This document shows, piece by piece, positions 7,673 through 16,616 of a stretch of 58,993 nucleotides of DNA. The stretch spans positions 1 to 58,993 of the forward strand of contig JACQVP010000014.1 in NCBI GenBank assembly GCA_016209715.1. Direction: 5' to 3'. The first letter of the stretch is position 1; every line of letters begins with the position of its first letter. Made by a program: the position numbers and the translations under genes. Under the pieces are notes generated by a model. It ran no database searches. It was given only the letters and a program-made list of their open reading frames with translations, and had not been told where the DNA came from. The stretch comes from Candidatus Omnitrophota bacterium. GTDB taxonomy: Bacteria > Omnitrophota > Omnitrophia > Omnitrophales > Omnitrophaceae.

Positions 7673-8565
7673 TGTTCGCAGACCTCCATTTCCGGATTCC
7701 ACTCCCGGTGCTCCGAGCGGATTCTCTGATGAACGGCCTCAGAACGAACAGGCCTCACGGCGGGGCGGAAGCCGGGGAAGCCGCACAGGGAGCAGCGAAA
7801 CCATCCCTCTTCCTTGGCGGCCAAATAATTCCTGGATCGGCGGCCGGCCGCAAGATCGATGAGCTCAGACTGAGTCCAGGCCCGGCCGTCTTCCATTTCT
7901 TTTGAAATTTCAAGCCGCGTCTCCTCCGTCCAAAACGGAAACGCCATCTCCAAGGCGCGTTCGCGACGGCCGTAAAATTCCTCCGCCATCAAATGCCCTT
8001 TCTTCCGCAGCCTGACGGCGGTGTAAAGCGACCAGAGAAACGAGAATCGTTCACGAATGACCTCGTTCTCGGCCTCGCTCCCCCCGCCCAGGGCGGGGGC
8101 CGGCGAATACCGGAAACCGGGATCCAGCATGTCCGCGAGCTGGGTCAGCTCATGTCTCAGGAAAAAATCGATGTCCCCGCGGTCCGGCGAGGTCAACAAA
8201 CTTACCCGGACGGCGATCAGCGCCGTCTTGAAAGGGCCCTCCGCATAAATCTCACCGCGTTCCTCCTTGCGCGTGAACGCGCGCCGGATGACAAAACGGA
8301 GGTGCGGCGATTGAAAGGCGCGGAATTCCAGGATGCGGTCGCGGAAGATCGAAGACATCCCGAGGCGGTCGAACCAGCGGCGGTTGAGCGTTTCGAAGGA
8401 ACCGTTGTCCGCGCCCGCGGCGGTTTCGTAGAGGTGTTCCCGCTCCCGGTAAAATTCCTCCGCGATGTCAGACCGCCCGCCGTCCCTCAGGTTTCTGACC
8501 GCAAAAAAGACGGATTCCTCGACGAGCGAGGACTCATATTCAATCTTTATTTGCGAAGCGAGCAT
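7630..8565 (-). CDS. Hypothetical 311-aa protein with a C-terminal Cys4 (CSLC...CEQC) ribbon, inside the NXR-like operon
   Basis: Long ORF with charged, non-repetitive composition. The start is trimmed to the ATG at 8565 (MLASQIKIEY). I recognise no family. Confidence 0.55.
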   Translation of the reverse strand: MLASQIKIEYESSLVEESVFFAVRNLRDGGRSDIAEEFYREREHLYETAAGADNGSFETLNRRWFDRLGMSSIFRDRILEFRAFQSPHLRFVIRRAFTRKEERGEIYAEGPFKTALIAVRVSLLTSPDRGDIDFFLRHELTQLADMLDPGFRYSPAPALGGGSEAENEVIRERFSFLWSLYTAVRLRKKGHLMAEEFYGRRERALEMAFPFWTEETRLEISKEMEDGRAWTQSELIDLAAGRRSRNYLAAKEEGWFRCSLCGFPGFRPAVRPVRSEAVHQRIRSEHREWNPEMEVCEQCYGIYQSRPEEIS

Positions 8566-9302
8566 GACACGCACCCCGCTTCCTCGGATTCCTGGACCAT
8601 CCGGACCGGGAGGTCCGGCCTTCCGGACTCGACACCCATGATGCGGCAATCCCAGGAGGCGAACGCCGCCGCCGCGCGGGCCGCGTCGGCGAGGAAGGTT
8701 TTCCCGGCCCGTTTTTCGAGCCGCGAAGCAAACGCCGGCAGCCAACGGCCCAAGTGGTCGGCCGCGAAACGCCCCGCCGCCCGGGCGCATATTTCCGCCT
8801 TCTCGGGGCCGTGATGGGCGAGCGCATACGCCTGCTTATACAGCAGGAAATACAGGAACTCGCATTCCACGGAAACATGGTCGGGCCTTTCCCGCGAACG
8901 CCCGTTCAATCGCAAACCGAAGGCCTGATAGAAGGAGCTGATGTCCGCGAGCTCCTGCGGCTGGCGATGGCTGTGCTCTTCCCCGTATTCAAGCTCGTAA
9001 GCGGGGACCTTGGCGTAGGCCGTGAACCCGAAACAATGCTCATATTGCCCGCACCAATCCTCGAGCGAAAGGCGGCCGGTCTTCCGGAACAGGTCCCCGA
9101 CGTTTTTCCTGACGCCGGATGCACCGGCCATTTTGAGAGAATGCAGCGCCTGGGACCAGGAACGGCGGTTTTCGGCGAAAAATTCCCGCACGCCTTTCTC
9201 GGCCGGATGGCGGAAGGCGAAGGCCAGCATTTGGTAGAAGTAACTCCTGCCGAATAGCCGGTCGAGCTCAGATGCTGTTTTGGTGGATGTCGGGTCGGAC
9301 AT
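8547..9302 (-). CDS. TorD/NarJ/DmsD-family redox-enzyme maturation chaperone
   Basis: ERPDHVSVECEFL (E-P-x-D-H signature), aromatic-rich helices and a position after the beta subunit. Confidence 0.8.
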   Translation of the reverse strand: MSDPTSTKTASELDRLFGRSYFYQMLAFAFRHPAEKGVREFFAENRRSWSQALHSLKMAGASGVRKNVGDLFRKTGRLSLEDWCGQYEHCFGFTAYAKVPAYELEYGEEHSHRQPQELADISSFYQAFGLRLNGRSRERPDHVSVECEFLYFLLYKQAYALAHHGPEKAEICARAAGRFAADHLGRWLPAFASRLEKRAGKTFLADAARAAAAFASWDCRIMGVESGRPDLPVRMVQESEEAGCVSCSLRK

Positions 9303-10506
9303 AAAACGGCTCCTCCACTTTCGTGCTCACGATCTTGCGGCCGTCCCGGTCGAAGCCGTTGATGGTGTCGTCGTAGAGCGCGAAGGGTTTCCCCTGGATT
9401 TCGGTCTCATAAATTTTCGGGCCGGGCTCGATCTGGTACCGGAAAATGATCTGATTCGTCTTCCGGAACATCTGCAGGACGGCCAGAAGCTCGCGATCGG
9501 GGTTCCGATAGGCCTCGATGGCATGGTCCACGCCGGGGCCGAACATTTGCTTCAGGAAGTCGCGGGAGACCCAGCGCGGCGGAATGTAATAGCCGTTGGG
9601 CTCGGTGCCGAACTGAGGATAGAGCGGCAGCGCGACCTTGGCCACTTTGACCAGATAATAAATGGGATTGTAACGGTCCTCGGCCCATTGCCCATCGGAA
9701 GCGATCTGGACCAGCCCCTGGAGCCGGATCTGTCCGATGCAGGCGGCCATGCAGCGCGTTTCCATGGGCCGGCCCTGGGTCTCCGGGTCCTTCCCTTCGA
9801 TCCGGGGATAACAGCCGATGCACTTTTCCGTCACCCGCGTGCTGGGCCGGTACATGGCTTTTTTATACGGGCAGGCCTCCACGCATTTGCGATAGCCGCG
9901 GCAGCGCGATTGGTCCACCAGCACGATGCCGTCTTCCGGCCGTTTGTAGATGGCGTTCCGCGGACAGGCAGCCAGGCAGGCCGGATAGGTGCAATGATTG
10001 CAAAGGCGAGCGAGATAAAAGAACCAGGTCTTGTGCTCCGGTAAACTCGTGCCGTCGTCGACGTAGGAGCCTTCTTTCCCCTTCGGGCCCACGGCCGTGT
10101 CTTCATAGATATTCGGAAACCGCCATTCTTCGTCCGTCGGGAGGTATCCCAAGACTCGCTGGGGCTCGGCGCCGGCCTTGGTTTTCGCCGCCTCGAAAAT
10201 CGTCTTCCCGTCGAAGACGTCCCCTTTCCATTTTTGGGCGCCGGGATTGGTTTCCTCGAGCAGTTTCAGGAGCTTGACGTCCCAGAACTGCGGATAACCG
10301 CCGTAGGGTTTCGTCTCCACATTGTTCCACCACATGTATTCCTGCCCCTTGGAGAACGTCCAGGTGGATTTGCAAGCCATGGTGCAAGTTTGACAGCCGA
10401 TGCACCGGTTCAGATTGAAGACAAAGGCGAATTGACGGTCGGGATGATGCTCCTCGTGGGGGTATTCCATCTTCCGGTTGATCTGCCAATTGAAGACCTG
10501 GCTCAT
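9268..10506 (-). CDS. Type II DMSO-reductase beta (NxrB/NarH-like) Fe-S subunit
   Basis: Four Cys groups: CIGCQTCTMAC, CNHCTYPACLAACP, CRGYRKCVEACP and CIGCYPR...CMAAC. The start is trimmed to the ATG at 10506 (MSQVFNWQINR), which overlaps the upstream stop. Confidence 0.9.
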   Translation of the reverse strand: MSQVFNWQINRKMEYPHEEHHPDRQFAFVFNLNRCIGCQTCTMACKSTWTFSKGQEYMWWNNVETKPYGGYPQFWDVKLLKLLEETNPGAQKWKGDVFDGKTIFEAAKTKAGAEPQRVLGYLPTDEEWRFPNIYEDTAVGPKGKEGSYVDDGTSLPEHKTWFFYLARLCNHCTYPACLAACPRNAIYKRPEDGIVLVDQSRCRGYRKCVEACPYKKAMYRPSTRVTEKCIGCYPRIEGKDPETQGRPMETRCMAACIGQIRLQGLVQIASDGQWAEDRYNPIYYLVKVAKVALPLYPQFGTEPNGYYIPPRWVSRDFLKQMFGPGVDHAIEAYRNPDRELLAVLQMFRKTNQIIFRYQIEPGPKIYETEIQGKPFALYDDTINGFDRDGRKIVSTKVEEPFYVRPDIHQNSI

Positions 10507-10772
10507 GACGCCCTTCTCCCCCGCCATTTGGCCCCGGCCTCTTCGATGACCGAGCGCACAAACGCGTCTCCTTTTTGCTTCCACACCCGGTACGGGCCGA
10601 CGTAAAGCGGGTTCCGGAACAGATTCAAAAGGGCGTCCTCCCCCCAGCCGTCACGCGCGAATTCCTCCGCGAAACAAAGCGCCATGTCGCGCACTTCCGC
10701 CTCCGACTGCGCAGGCAGTTCGATCCCCACCATTTCCATCGGGTCTTCCGGGTCCATTTCGTGTTTCGGCAT
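10503..10772 (-). CDS. Hypothetical 89-aa acidic protein between the alpha and beta genes
   Basis: ATG at 10772 preceded by AGGAGG. Its stop overlaps the beta start (ATGA). Sequence begins MPKHEMDPEDPMEMVGIELP...; no family recognised. Confidence 0.5.
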   Translation of the reverse strand: MPKHEMDPEDPMEMVGIELPAQSEAEVRDMALCFAEEFARDGWGEDALLNLFRNPLYVGPYRVWKQKGDAFVRSVIEEAGAKWRGRRAS

Positions 10773-10780
10773 GTTGCCTC

Positions 10781-13700
10781 CTACCCCTTGAAATAACCGC
10801 CGCTCAAATACTGTTTCATGACTTCGCTCTCGTTGGCGGGCGTGAATCCCGTAGTGGCCGGGGCCCACACGCCCTTGCCGTCCAGGCCGCCGTCCTCGGC
10901 CTTGGTCACGCGCACCAGAGTTTCCTTCGGCACGGTGTTGACCGCATGGTTGTCCGCCTCGCCGCCAAAGATGAAGGACATGAACACCTTGGCCTTGTGG
11001 AACAACGTGTCCGTCTGGTGCATCGGCATGTGCCAATTTCGCGTCACGCTTTGCTGGGAGCCGTACCGGAAATTGGCCTGATAGGCGCCGCCTTCCGACA
11101 ACGCGCGCTTGTCCGGCCGCGACTCGTGCGCCTTCACCGATTTTTCCGTGGCGATATAAGTTCCGTGTTTCATCATCACCACGTTATAAGGAAAGGCCGG
11201 GTTGAATTTGACGCGCAACATCAGGCGCGCGACTTTGTAAAATGGATCGTCGGGCCGGGCGCCGACATAGGGCCGGTCCGCCGGGTTGGCGTCCACGTAG
11301 ACGTAATCGCCGTCGTTGATGCCGAGCTCCTTGGCCGCCTGAGGGTTCATGTGCACCTGCTGTTCGCCGACTCCCGGGGTGCGCTTGTCCATGCGGTAAG
11401 GATCGCCGAAGTTGGAGTCCCAAATCTGGTGCCAGTCCACATTGCTCCAGAGCGAATGGACCCGGTGCCGGCTCTTCGGCGTGAGACAGTAGAAGCGAAA
11501 CCCTTTTTCCCACAGGAAATTCTGCGTCTGCTTCACCTCCGCCCAAGGCATCCGGATGTTGCGCACGGAGCGGTCGTCCCAATGTTCCGCCGCGGGCGCG
11601 ATGCCGTAATCATTGGGCCGGACGTAGGGATTGGAGCTCACGATGACGTTGGGCAGATACGGCGTGGCCTCGGGCCCTTCCCGGTGCACGATGAAATTCT
11701 CTCCGTATTCGATGGCCTCGGCCACGTCGGTGTAGGCGTGGAGACGCCCGGTGTCGGTGTGGAACGGCTCTCCCGCGTGCACCTGCTCCCAGAAGGGGAC
11801 GCGCGGATAGGTCCGGAAGAGCATCAGGGCCCCGCCCGGAGGACCGTATTTTCCGCTCATGATGTCCGGGAGCTTGTAGCCTGCGGTGGTGGTGGAGGTT
11901 TCCAGCAGGCGCTGGATATAGACCTCCCGGTTTCCCTCCAGCGCGAATTTCCAGTAATCGCGGAAGCGTGCGTCTCCGGTCAGTTCCCCGAGCTTTTCGG
12001 CGATCCCGGCCAGGATCATGATGTCGTCCCGGCTGTCGAACACCGGCGGGATCCCTCCCTTCCAAATCTGCAGAAAAGGATTGGAGCAGGAGGCGGTGAC
12101 CTCCAGCCCCTCGAATTCCAGCCAGCTGTTGGCGGGAAGCGCCAGGTCCGCGTATTCGATCGAGGCCGTCATCTGGATGTCGATGGAGACGATCATTTCC
12201 ACGTTGGGATTGACGTTCTTCAGCATCTCGTAGGCGTGCTTGGCGTTGTTCAGCAAGTTCACGTTGGTGAACATCATCACTTTGGTAGGGCTCGGCATGT
12301 GCGTGGCGCCGGTGAACACTTTGCGGCCGTCCTTCGGCGTGTCCACGATGAGCGGCCGGTCCCCGTGGTTCCAGTAGGCCGGCTCCTCGTCTTTGAAATA
12401 AACTTTGGCGTGCACGTCTTTGCCCGGCGCGGCCGGATCGAGGTTCGGATGGAACGGGTCTTCACCCACCCAGCCTTTGAACCCGTACCCGGTCCAGGGC
12501 GAACCCTGGAACAGGGCCGCTTTATAATTTCCGGCCCAGGTGTGGCAGCCCGAACCCGGCTTGCCGATGTTGCCCGTGAGCATGAGCGGCAGGTAGGCCG
12601 CGCGGTTCATTTCCGTGGCGTGGAAGTAATGATTGATCCCCTCGCCCTGGTGGATGGCCGCCGGCTTGATCGTCGCCAGGTCCTTGGCCAATTGCTCGAT
12701 CATCTCCCTCGGCGCCCGGGTCATTTCCACCACCGAGTCGAGGTCGTAATCCCGGAGATGGATCCGGTAAAGCGAGAAGAGGGTCATCACTTCGATTTCC
12801 CGCCCGTCCACAGTGCGGACTTTAAACGTCCCTTCCAGGGCCGGCCGGATATTTTTCCGGGCCAGCGCCGGACCGAGATCGTCGCGGGTGAGCGCGGCCG
12901 GCTGATTCCCGGCCTCGTCCCAGATCACGAAGTCGCCGATCTTGGCGTATTGTTCGTCCGTCAATCCCTGGTACTTGAAACTCGGCCCGTCTTTTTTGAG
13001 GCCCGGCCGGTAATCGGCGAAGATTTCGGCGGCGCGCAGGCGGCGCAGGTTGTCGGTCCTCACCAATAGGGGGAAATCCGTGAACTGGAGGACAAAATCT
13101 TTGTCGTACCAGCCGTTGTCCACCATGAGGCGCGTGATGCCCAGGAAGAGCGCCGTGTCCGAGGCGGGACGGATCGGGATCCAGTAATCCGACTTCGTCG
13201 CCGGGGGACTGTATTCGGGCGTGATGGTGACCAGTTTCGCCCCGCGCTCCATGCATTCGATGAACCAATGACTGTCCGTGAGCTTGTTCTCGACTAGGTT
13301 CTTCCCGTCCTGGATGATCAGCTTGCTCGACCGCAAGTCGTTGAAATCGCAATCCGAAGCCTGCAGGCCGTGGACCCAGGGATGCCCGGGGGCCTGGTCG
13401 CCGTGCCAGGTGTAGTTGGACCAAATCCTGCCGGCCTTGGCTTGATCGGGCCCGACGCCTCTCAAATGAGCGTCGAGAAGGGCCATGGTGTTCGACAACC
13501 GGTACATCCCGTATTTTCCGAAGACACCGAGCAGGCCCATCCCGCCGCGCATCTTGATCGTCCGGACCCCCGCGCCTTCCATCGGCGCGAGCATTTCTTC
13601 CGGATATCCCTCGGCCAGGAGTTTTTTCTTTCCTTCCTCTCCGCTGTACCGTTTGCCGACGGCCATCAGGCCTTTGGCGACGTAGCCCAGCGCCTGATCC

Positions 13701-14218
13701 CAGGAAACCTTCTCGAATTGGTCGGTCCCGCGGGAATCGAATTTGTATTTGGTCTTGTTTTGCGCCGTGAGCTCGGGGAACCCGTCTTCGGCCCACTGGC
13801 GCCAGCCGCGCCGGACGATGGGATATTTCAACCGGTAAGGACCGTAAAGAAGGCGATGAAACGTGAAACCTTTGGCGCATTGCCGGGGATTCCAGTTGGA
13901 CGTGGCCTTGTTACCGTAGAGGTCGCTGTAGGTCTCGTAATCGTACTGGGAACCGAGGCGCACCACGACGCCGTTGCGAACGTAGGCCTTGGCGCGGCAG
14001 GCGTGCGTGTCATTGGGAGAGCAGACCCAGGAGAAAGTGCTGTCGTACCGGTACTGATCGCGGTAGATCTGCTCCCAGTCCCGGTCCGGGTAATGAGCGA
14101 GAGGGTTGGCAATTTCCTCGACCGGCTCGAGGGCCCAAAGCGAATCTTTCATCGCCAGAGCCATGCCGGCCGCCGTGAGTCCGGAAAGTTTCAAGAAGTT
14201 ACGCCGAGTCAGTTTCAT
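10781..14218 (-). CDS. Tat-exported molybdopterin alpha subunit of a periplasmic NXR/NarG-like type II DMSO reductase
   Basis: MKLTRRNFLKLSGLTAAGMALA Tat signal. The mature protein is about 1145 aa. The FS0-type motif VCSPNDTHACRAKAYVRNG is C-x3-D-x3-C when aligned to NarG H-x3-C-x3-C. Beta, gamma and chaperone genes are adjacent. The start is trimmed to the ATG at 14218. Confidence 0.9.
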   Translation of the reverse strand: MKLTRRNFLKLSGLTAAGMALAMKDSLWALEPVEEIANPLAHYPDRDWEQIYRDQYRYDSTFSWVCSPNDTHACRAKAYVRNGVVVRLGSQYDYETYSDLYGNKATSNWNPRQCAKGFTFHRLLYGPYRLKYPIVRRGWRQWAEDGFPELTAQNKTKYKFDSRGTDQFEKVSWDQALGYVAKGLMAVGKRYSGEEGKKKLLAEGYPEEMLAPMEGAGVRTIKMRGGMGLLGVFGKYGMYRLSNTMALLDAHLRGVGPDQAKAGRIWSNYTWHGDQAPGHPWVHGLQASDCDFNDLRSSKLIIQDGKNLVENKLTDSHWFIECMERGAKLVTITPEYSPPATKSDYWIPIRPASDTALFLGITRLMVDNGWYDKDFVLQFTDFPLLVRTDNLRRLRAAEIFADYRPGLKKDGPSFKYQGLTDEQYAKIGDFVIWDEAGNQPAALTRDDLGPALARKNIRPALEGTFKVRTVDGREIEVMTLFSLYRIHLRDYDLDSVVEMTRAPREMIEQLAKDLATIKPAAIHQGEGINHYFHATEMNRAAYLPLMLTGNIGKPGSGCHTWAGNYKAALFQGSPWTGYGFKGWVGEDPFHPNLDPAAPGKDVHAKVYFKDEEPAYWNHGDRPLIVDTPKDGRKVFTGATHMPSPTKVMMFTNVNLLNNAKHAYEMLKNVNPNVEMIVSIDIQMTASIEYADLALPANSWLEFEGLEVTASCSNPFLQIWKGGIPPVFDSRDDIMILAGIAEKLGELTGDARFRDYWKFALEGNREVYIQRLLETSTTTAGYKLPDIMSGKYGPPGGALMLFRTYPRVPFWEQVHAGEPFHTDTGRLHAYTDVAEAIEYGENFIVHREGPEATPYLPNVIVSSNPYVRPNDYGIAPAAEHWDDRSVRNIRMPWAEVKQTQNFLWEKGFRFYCLTPKSRHRVHSLWSNVDWHQIWDSNFGDPYRMDKRTPGVGEQQVHMNPQAAKELGINDGDYVYVDANPADRPYVGARPDDPFYKVARLMLRVKFNPAFPYNVVMMKHGTYIATEKSVKAHESRPDKRALSEGGAYQANFRYGSQQSVTRNWHMPMHQTDTLFHKAKVFMSFIFGGEADNHAVNTVPKETLVRVTKAEDGGLDGKGVWAPATTGFTPANESEVMKQYLSGGYFKG

Positions 14219-14220
14219 GG

Positions 14221-15891
14221 TCACTCCAGCTTGAGTTCGTTCCATATGGAAACCATCTTTTGTCCGTTCCGGTCTCTGTTTTCCCCGTCCCAGACCGCGA
14301 AAGCCGCCTGGACGGGCTCTCCTTTTTTAAACGTCAGGCGCTCCGCGTCCTCCGGGCGCAGCTTGCGCCGGAAAACAACGCGCCATTTGCCGTCCTGCCA
14401 GAAGCCGCGCACCTCCACCGCTTCAGTCTTGGGAAACATCGTGGTGAAGGTGCCGATCCCGCGCGCCATCCCCTCTTCGGCGGAAGCCCGCAGGGGATTT
14501 GAAACCGGGTTGCCGGCCCCCCAACCGGTCATGCGCTCCGGATCATGCCGGGCGGTTTGGGACCGGACCGCTTCAAAGCTCGCCCCATGCGCGTAATCCG
14601 CGTCCTCCGGATAATAATCGATGCCGGTCTCGGGATATCGCGAATCGATGTCTTTCCAGCCCTCGCGGTCCTCCTGCCAGGCGGCTTTCCAATGCCAGAA
14701 GAGAACGTCTTGGGCGGCGCTTCCCATGGCGAAGAGCGGCGGATCGGATTCGGCGGAAAACTGGATCGCCGCGCCGTCGGAAAAATCCTGCGGCGCCGCC
14801 ACGGAACGGTTGGGCACGGGGTCCGGCCATTCGAGATGGATCCCGATATTTTTCCCATCGTGCGCGGCGCGCACCTCGACCGCTTCCGCGCGTTCATTTC
14901 GCCACCAGAGCGGCGTGAGCGGGACGCGGACCGGCTCGATCTTGAGCCAGGCCGCGGCCAGAGGGTCGATCTCCACGCCTCCGCGGAGGCGCTTGGCGCG
15001 GAGAGTCATCCGCTCCAACTGGGCCCGGCCTTCGGCCCCTTCGGCCGGCAAAGTCTGGACGTAATGAATCAAGTCCCAGATCTGCTCATCCGTGAAAACG
15101 CCTTGATAGCCCGGCATGGGAGAGCCCGGGAGGCCGGCCAGGACGCGGTAATACAATTCGCGGGACGACGAATCCGCTTTGAAAACGCCGGCCGTGAGGT
15201 CCCGGGGTTTTACCGGAACGCCCTGGCTGTCGATCATTCGCTGCTGGCCGTCGCCTTTTCCTTCCAGCCCGTGGCAGGGCGCGCAGGCCTTGACGAAAAG
15301 TTCACGCCCCTGGGCGAGACCCGCCGGGTCCGCGGACGTTTCGGCCGGCACCGCGATCACGGCCGCTGGATCGACCTCCTTCCGCATCATCTTCTCGAGC
15401 ACGGCCCAGGGAATTTCAGTCTTCAGCATCTCGTCCGTCAATTCCCCCTTCCCGAGATAGGCACGGGTCTCCGCCAGGGTCCGCACGTAATAGACGAGCG
15501 CCCAGCGCTGATTTTCGCTCAAGTGCTTCCAGGCCGGCATGGAGGAGCCGGGCATGCCCCGGCTGATGCTTTTGAAGAGATCCTCGTCGGTGGCGGTCAT
15601 GTCGGTCGTCGATATCAGGCGGAATTCGTCGCGGGAAAAATTGCGCGGCTTGGGATACAGGAGATACGACGCCGGACCGTCTCCTTCGCCTTTCAGCCCG
15701 TGGCAGGTCGTGCATTGCTTGAGATAAAGGTCGCGCCCCAACCGGTAAAGTTCCGGGCTAGGGACGGGTTTCACGGCGGCCTCCCGGGCGTCTATCGGCT
15801 GCCAGAACGCGAACACCGCGACGAGGACGGCAATCCCCGTGGCTGAAGCGACGGCCTTCAGAATGTCGAACCGGTCGGCGGGGTCGCTCAT
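14221..15891 (-). CDS. Membrane-anchored gamma subunit: dihaem cytochrome c fused to an EB_dh (NxrC/EbdC-like) domain
   Basis: N-terminal TM (ILKAVASATGIAVLVAVFAFW), CTTCH and CAPCH motifs each followed by a Met-containing loop, and a C-terminal half resembling NxrC/EbdC haem-b domains. Lies immediately upstream of alpha. Confidence 0.75.
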   Translation of the reverse strand: MSDPADRFDILKAVASATGIAVLVAVFAFWQPIDAREAAVKPVPSPELYRLGRDLYLKQCTTCHGLKGEGDGPASYLLYPKPRNFSRDEFRLISTTDMTATDEDLFKSISRGMPGSSMPAWKHLSENQRWALVYYVRTLAETRAYLGKGELTDEMLKTEIPWAVLEKMMRKEVDPAAVIAVPAETSADPAGLAQGRELFVKACAPCHGLEGKGDGQQRMIDSQGVPVKPRDLTAGVFKADSSSRELYYRVLAGLPGSPMPGYQGVFTDEQIWDLIHYVQTLPAEGAEGRAQLERMTLRAKRLRGGVEIDPLAAAWLKIEPVRVPLTPLWWRNERAEAVEVRAAHDGKNIGIHLEWPDPVPNRSVAAPQDFSDGAAIQFSAESDPPLFAMGSAAQDVLFWHWKAAWQEDREGWKDIDSRYPETGIDYYPEDADYAHGASFEAVRSQTARHDPERMTGWGAGNPVSNPLRASAEEGMARGIGTFTTMFPKTEAVEVRGFWQDGKWRVVFRRKLRPEDAERLTFKKGEPVQAAFAVWDGENRDRNGQKMVSIWNELKLE

Positions 15892-16049
15892 TTTTTGTCG
15901 TCCGCCCCCCCTCCGGCGGTCCGGCCCTTTTTGAATTCGCGAATCCCCTCGCCAAACGACCGCGCCATTTCCGGGATGCGCTTGGCTCCGAACAACAGCA
16001 ACAGCACTGCCAAAATCAATGCCAATTCCAACGGCCCGGGCAAATTCAT
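15888..16049 (-). CDS. tatA: Twin-arginine translocase subunit TatA/E (53 aa, below the ORF-track cutoff)
   Basis: My translation is MNLPGPLELALILAVLLLLFGAKRIPEMARSFGEGIREFKKGRTAGGGRDDKK. It has the canonical FG-x-KR-(I/L)PE hinge and ATGA overlaps with both neighbours. Confidence 0.85.
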   Translation of the reverse strand: MNLPGPLELALILAVLLLLFGAKRIPEMARSFGEGIREFKKGRTAGGGADDKK

Positions 16050-16606
16050 TTTCTTTTCCCTCCTTCCGCCGCCCTGATTTTTCGCACCAGGATCTTCTTC
16101 TCTTCCGGGTTCAGGTCACGGCTGATAGTCTTGTAGACGCTCACGTTTTCGTTATAAAGGTGATGCCGCAGCAGATAAATAAGATAGGTCCCCGTTTCCT
16201 GCATTTTTTCCAGGGACAGCAATCGTTTGCCGGCGTCATTCTCGCGGTCGACCGCCCGCAGGCTCGCGTTGAATTCGATCAAGGTCTTCTCGAAATCCGC
16301 GTGCTCCGAGCGGAGCAGGCGGATGACGGATTCCATCTTCGGTACGTGCTTTTCCAGAAACGGAAAAATGACCGTCTCTTCCAGGCGCGCGTGATGCCGC
16401 ATCACCCGGTTAAAAAAGAGCCGCAGGCGGTTGGCCTCCTTGAGATTCTTCCCGAGCGAGAGCTTCCCCTCGTATCGGATGTTGGTCAAGACGTCGGAAA
16501 GCTTTTCCGTCTCCCGGAAGCTTTCTTCATGCTCGGCCTCGAGCTCGTTCAGGCAATCGCTGAATTTGGGGGCCCGAATATTTTTAGCGATCATCTCTTT
16601 TTTCAT
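16046..16606 (-). CDS. Hemerythrin (HHE) domain protein, first gene of the NXR-like operon
   Basis: RHHARLEETVIFPFLEKH and LLRSEHADFEK His/Glu motifs; 186 aa. Confidence 0.65.
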   Translation of the reverse strand: MKKEMIAKNIRAPKFSDCLNELEAEHEESFRETEKLSDVLTNIRYEGKLSLGKNLKEANRLRLFFNRVMRHHARLEETVIFPFLEKHVPKMESVIRLLRSEHADFEKTLIEFNASLRAVDRENDAGKRLLSLEKMQETGTYLIYLLRHHLYNENVSVYKTISRDLNPEEKKILVRKIRAAEGGKRK

Positions 16607-16616
16607 TTCCGGCCAA

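Noticed and set aside
10781-14218. Calling the Mo enzyme a respiratory NarGHI nitrate reductase
   Set aside because: The alpha subunit has a functional-looking Tat signal, so the enzyme is periplasmic. There is no NarI-type dihaem b subunit, and the gamma subunit is an EB_dh/cytochrome c fusion.
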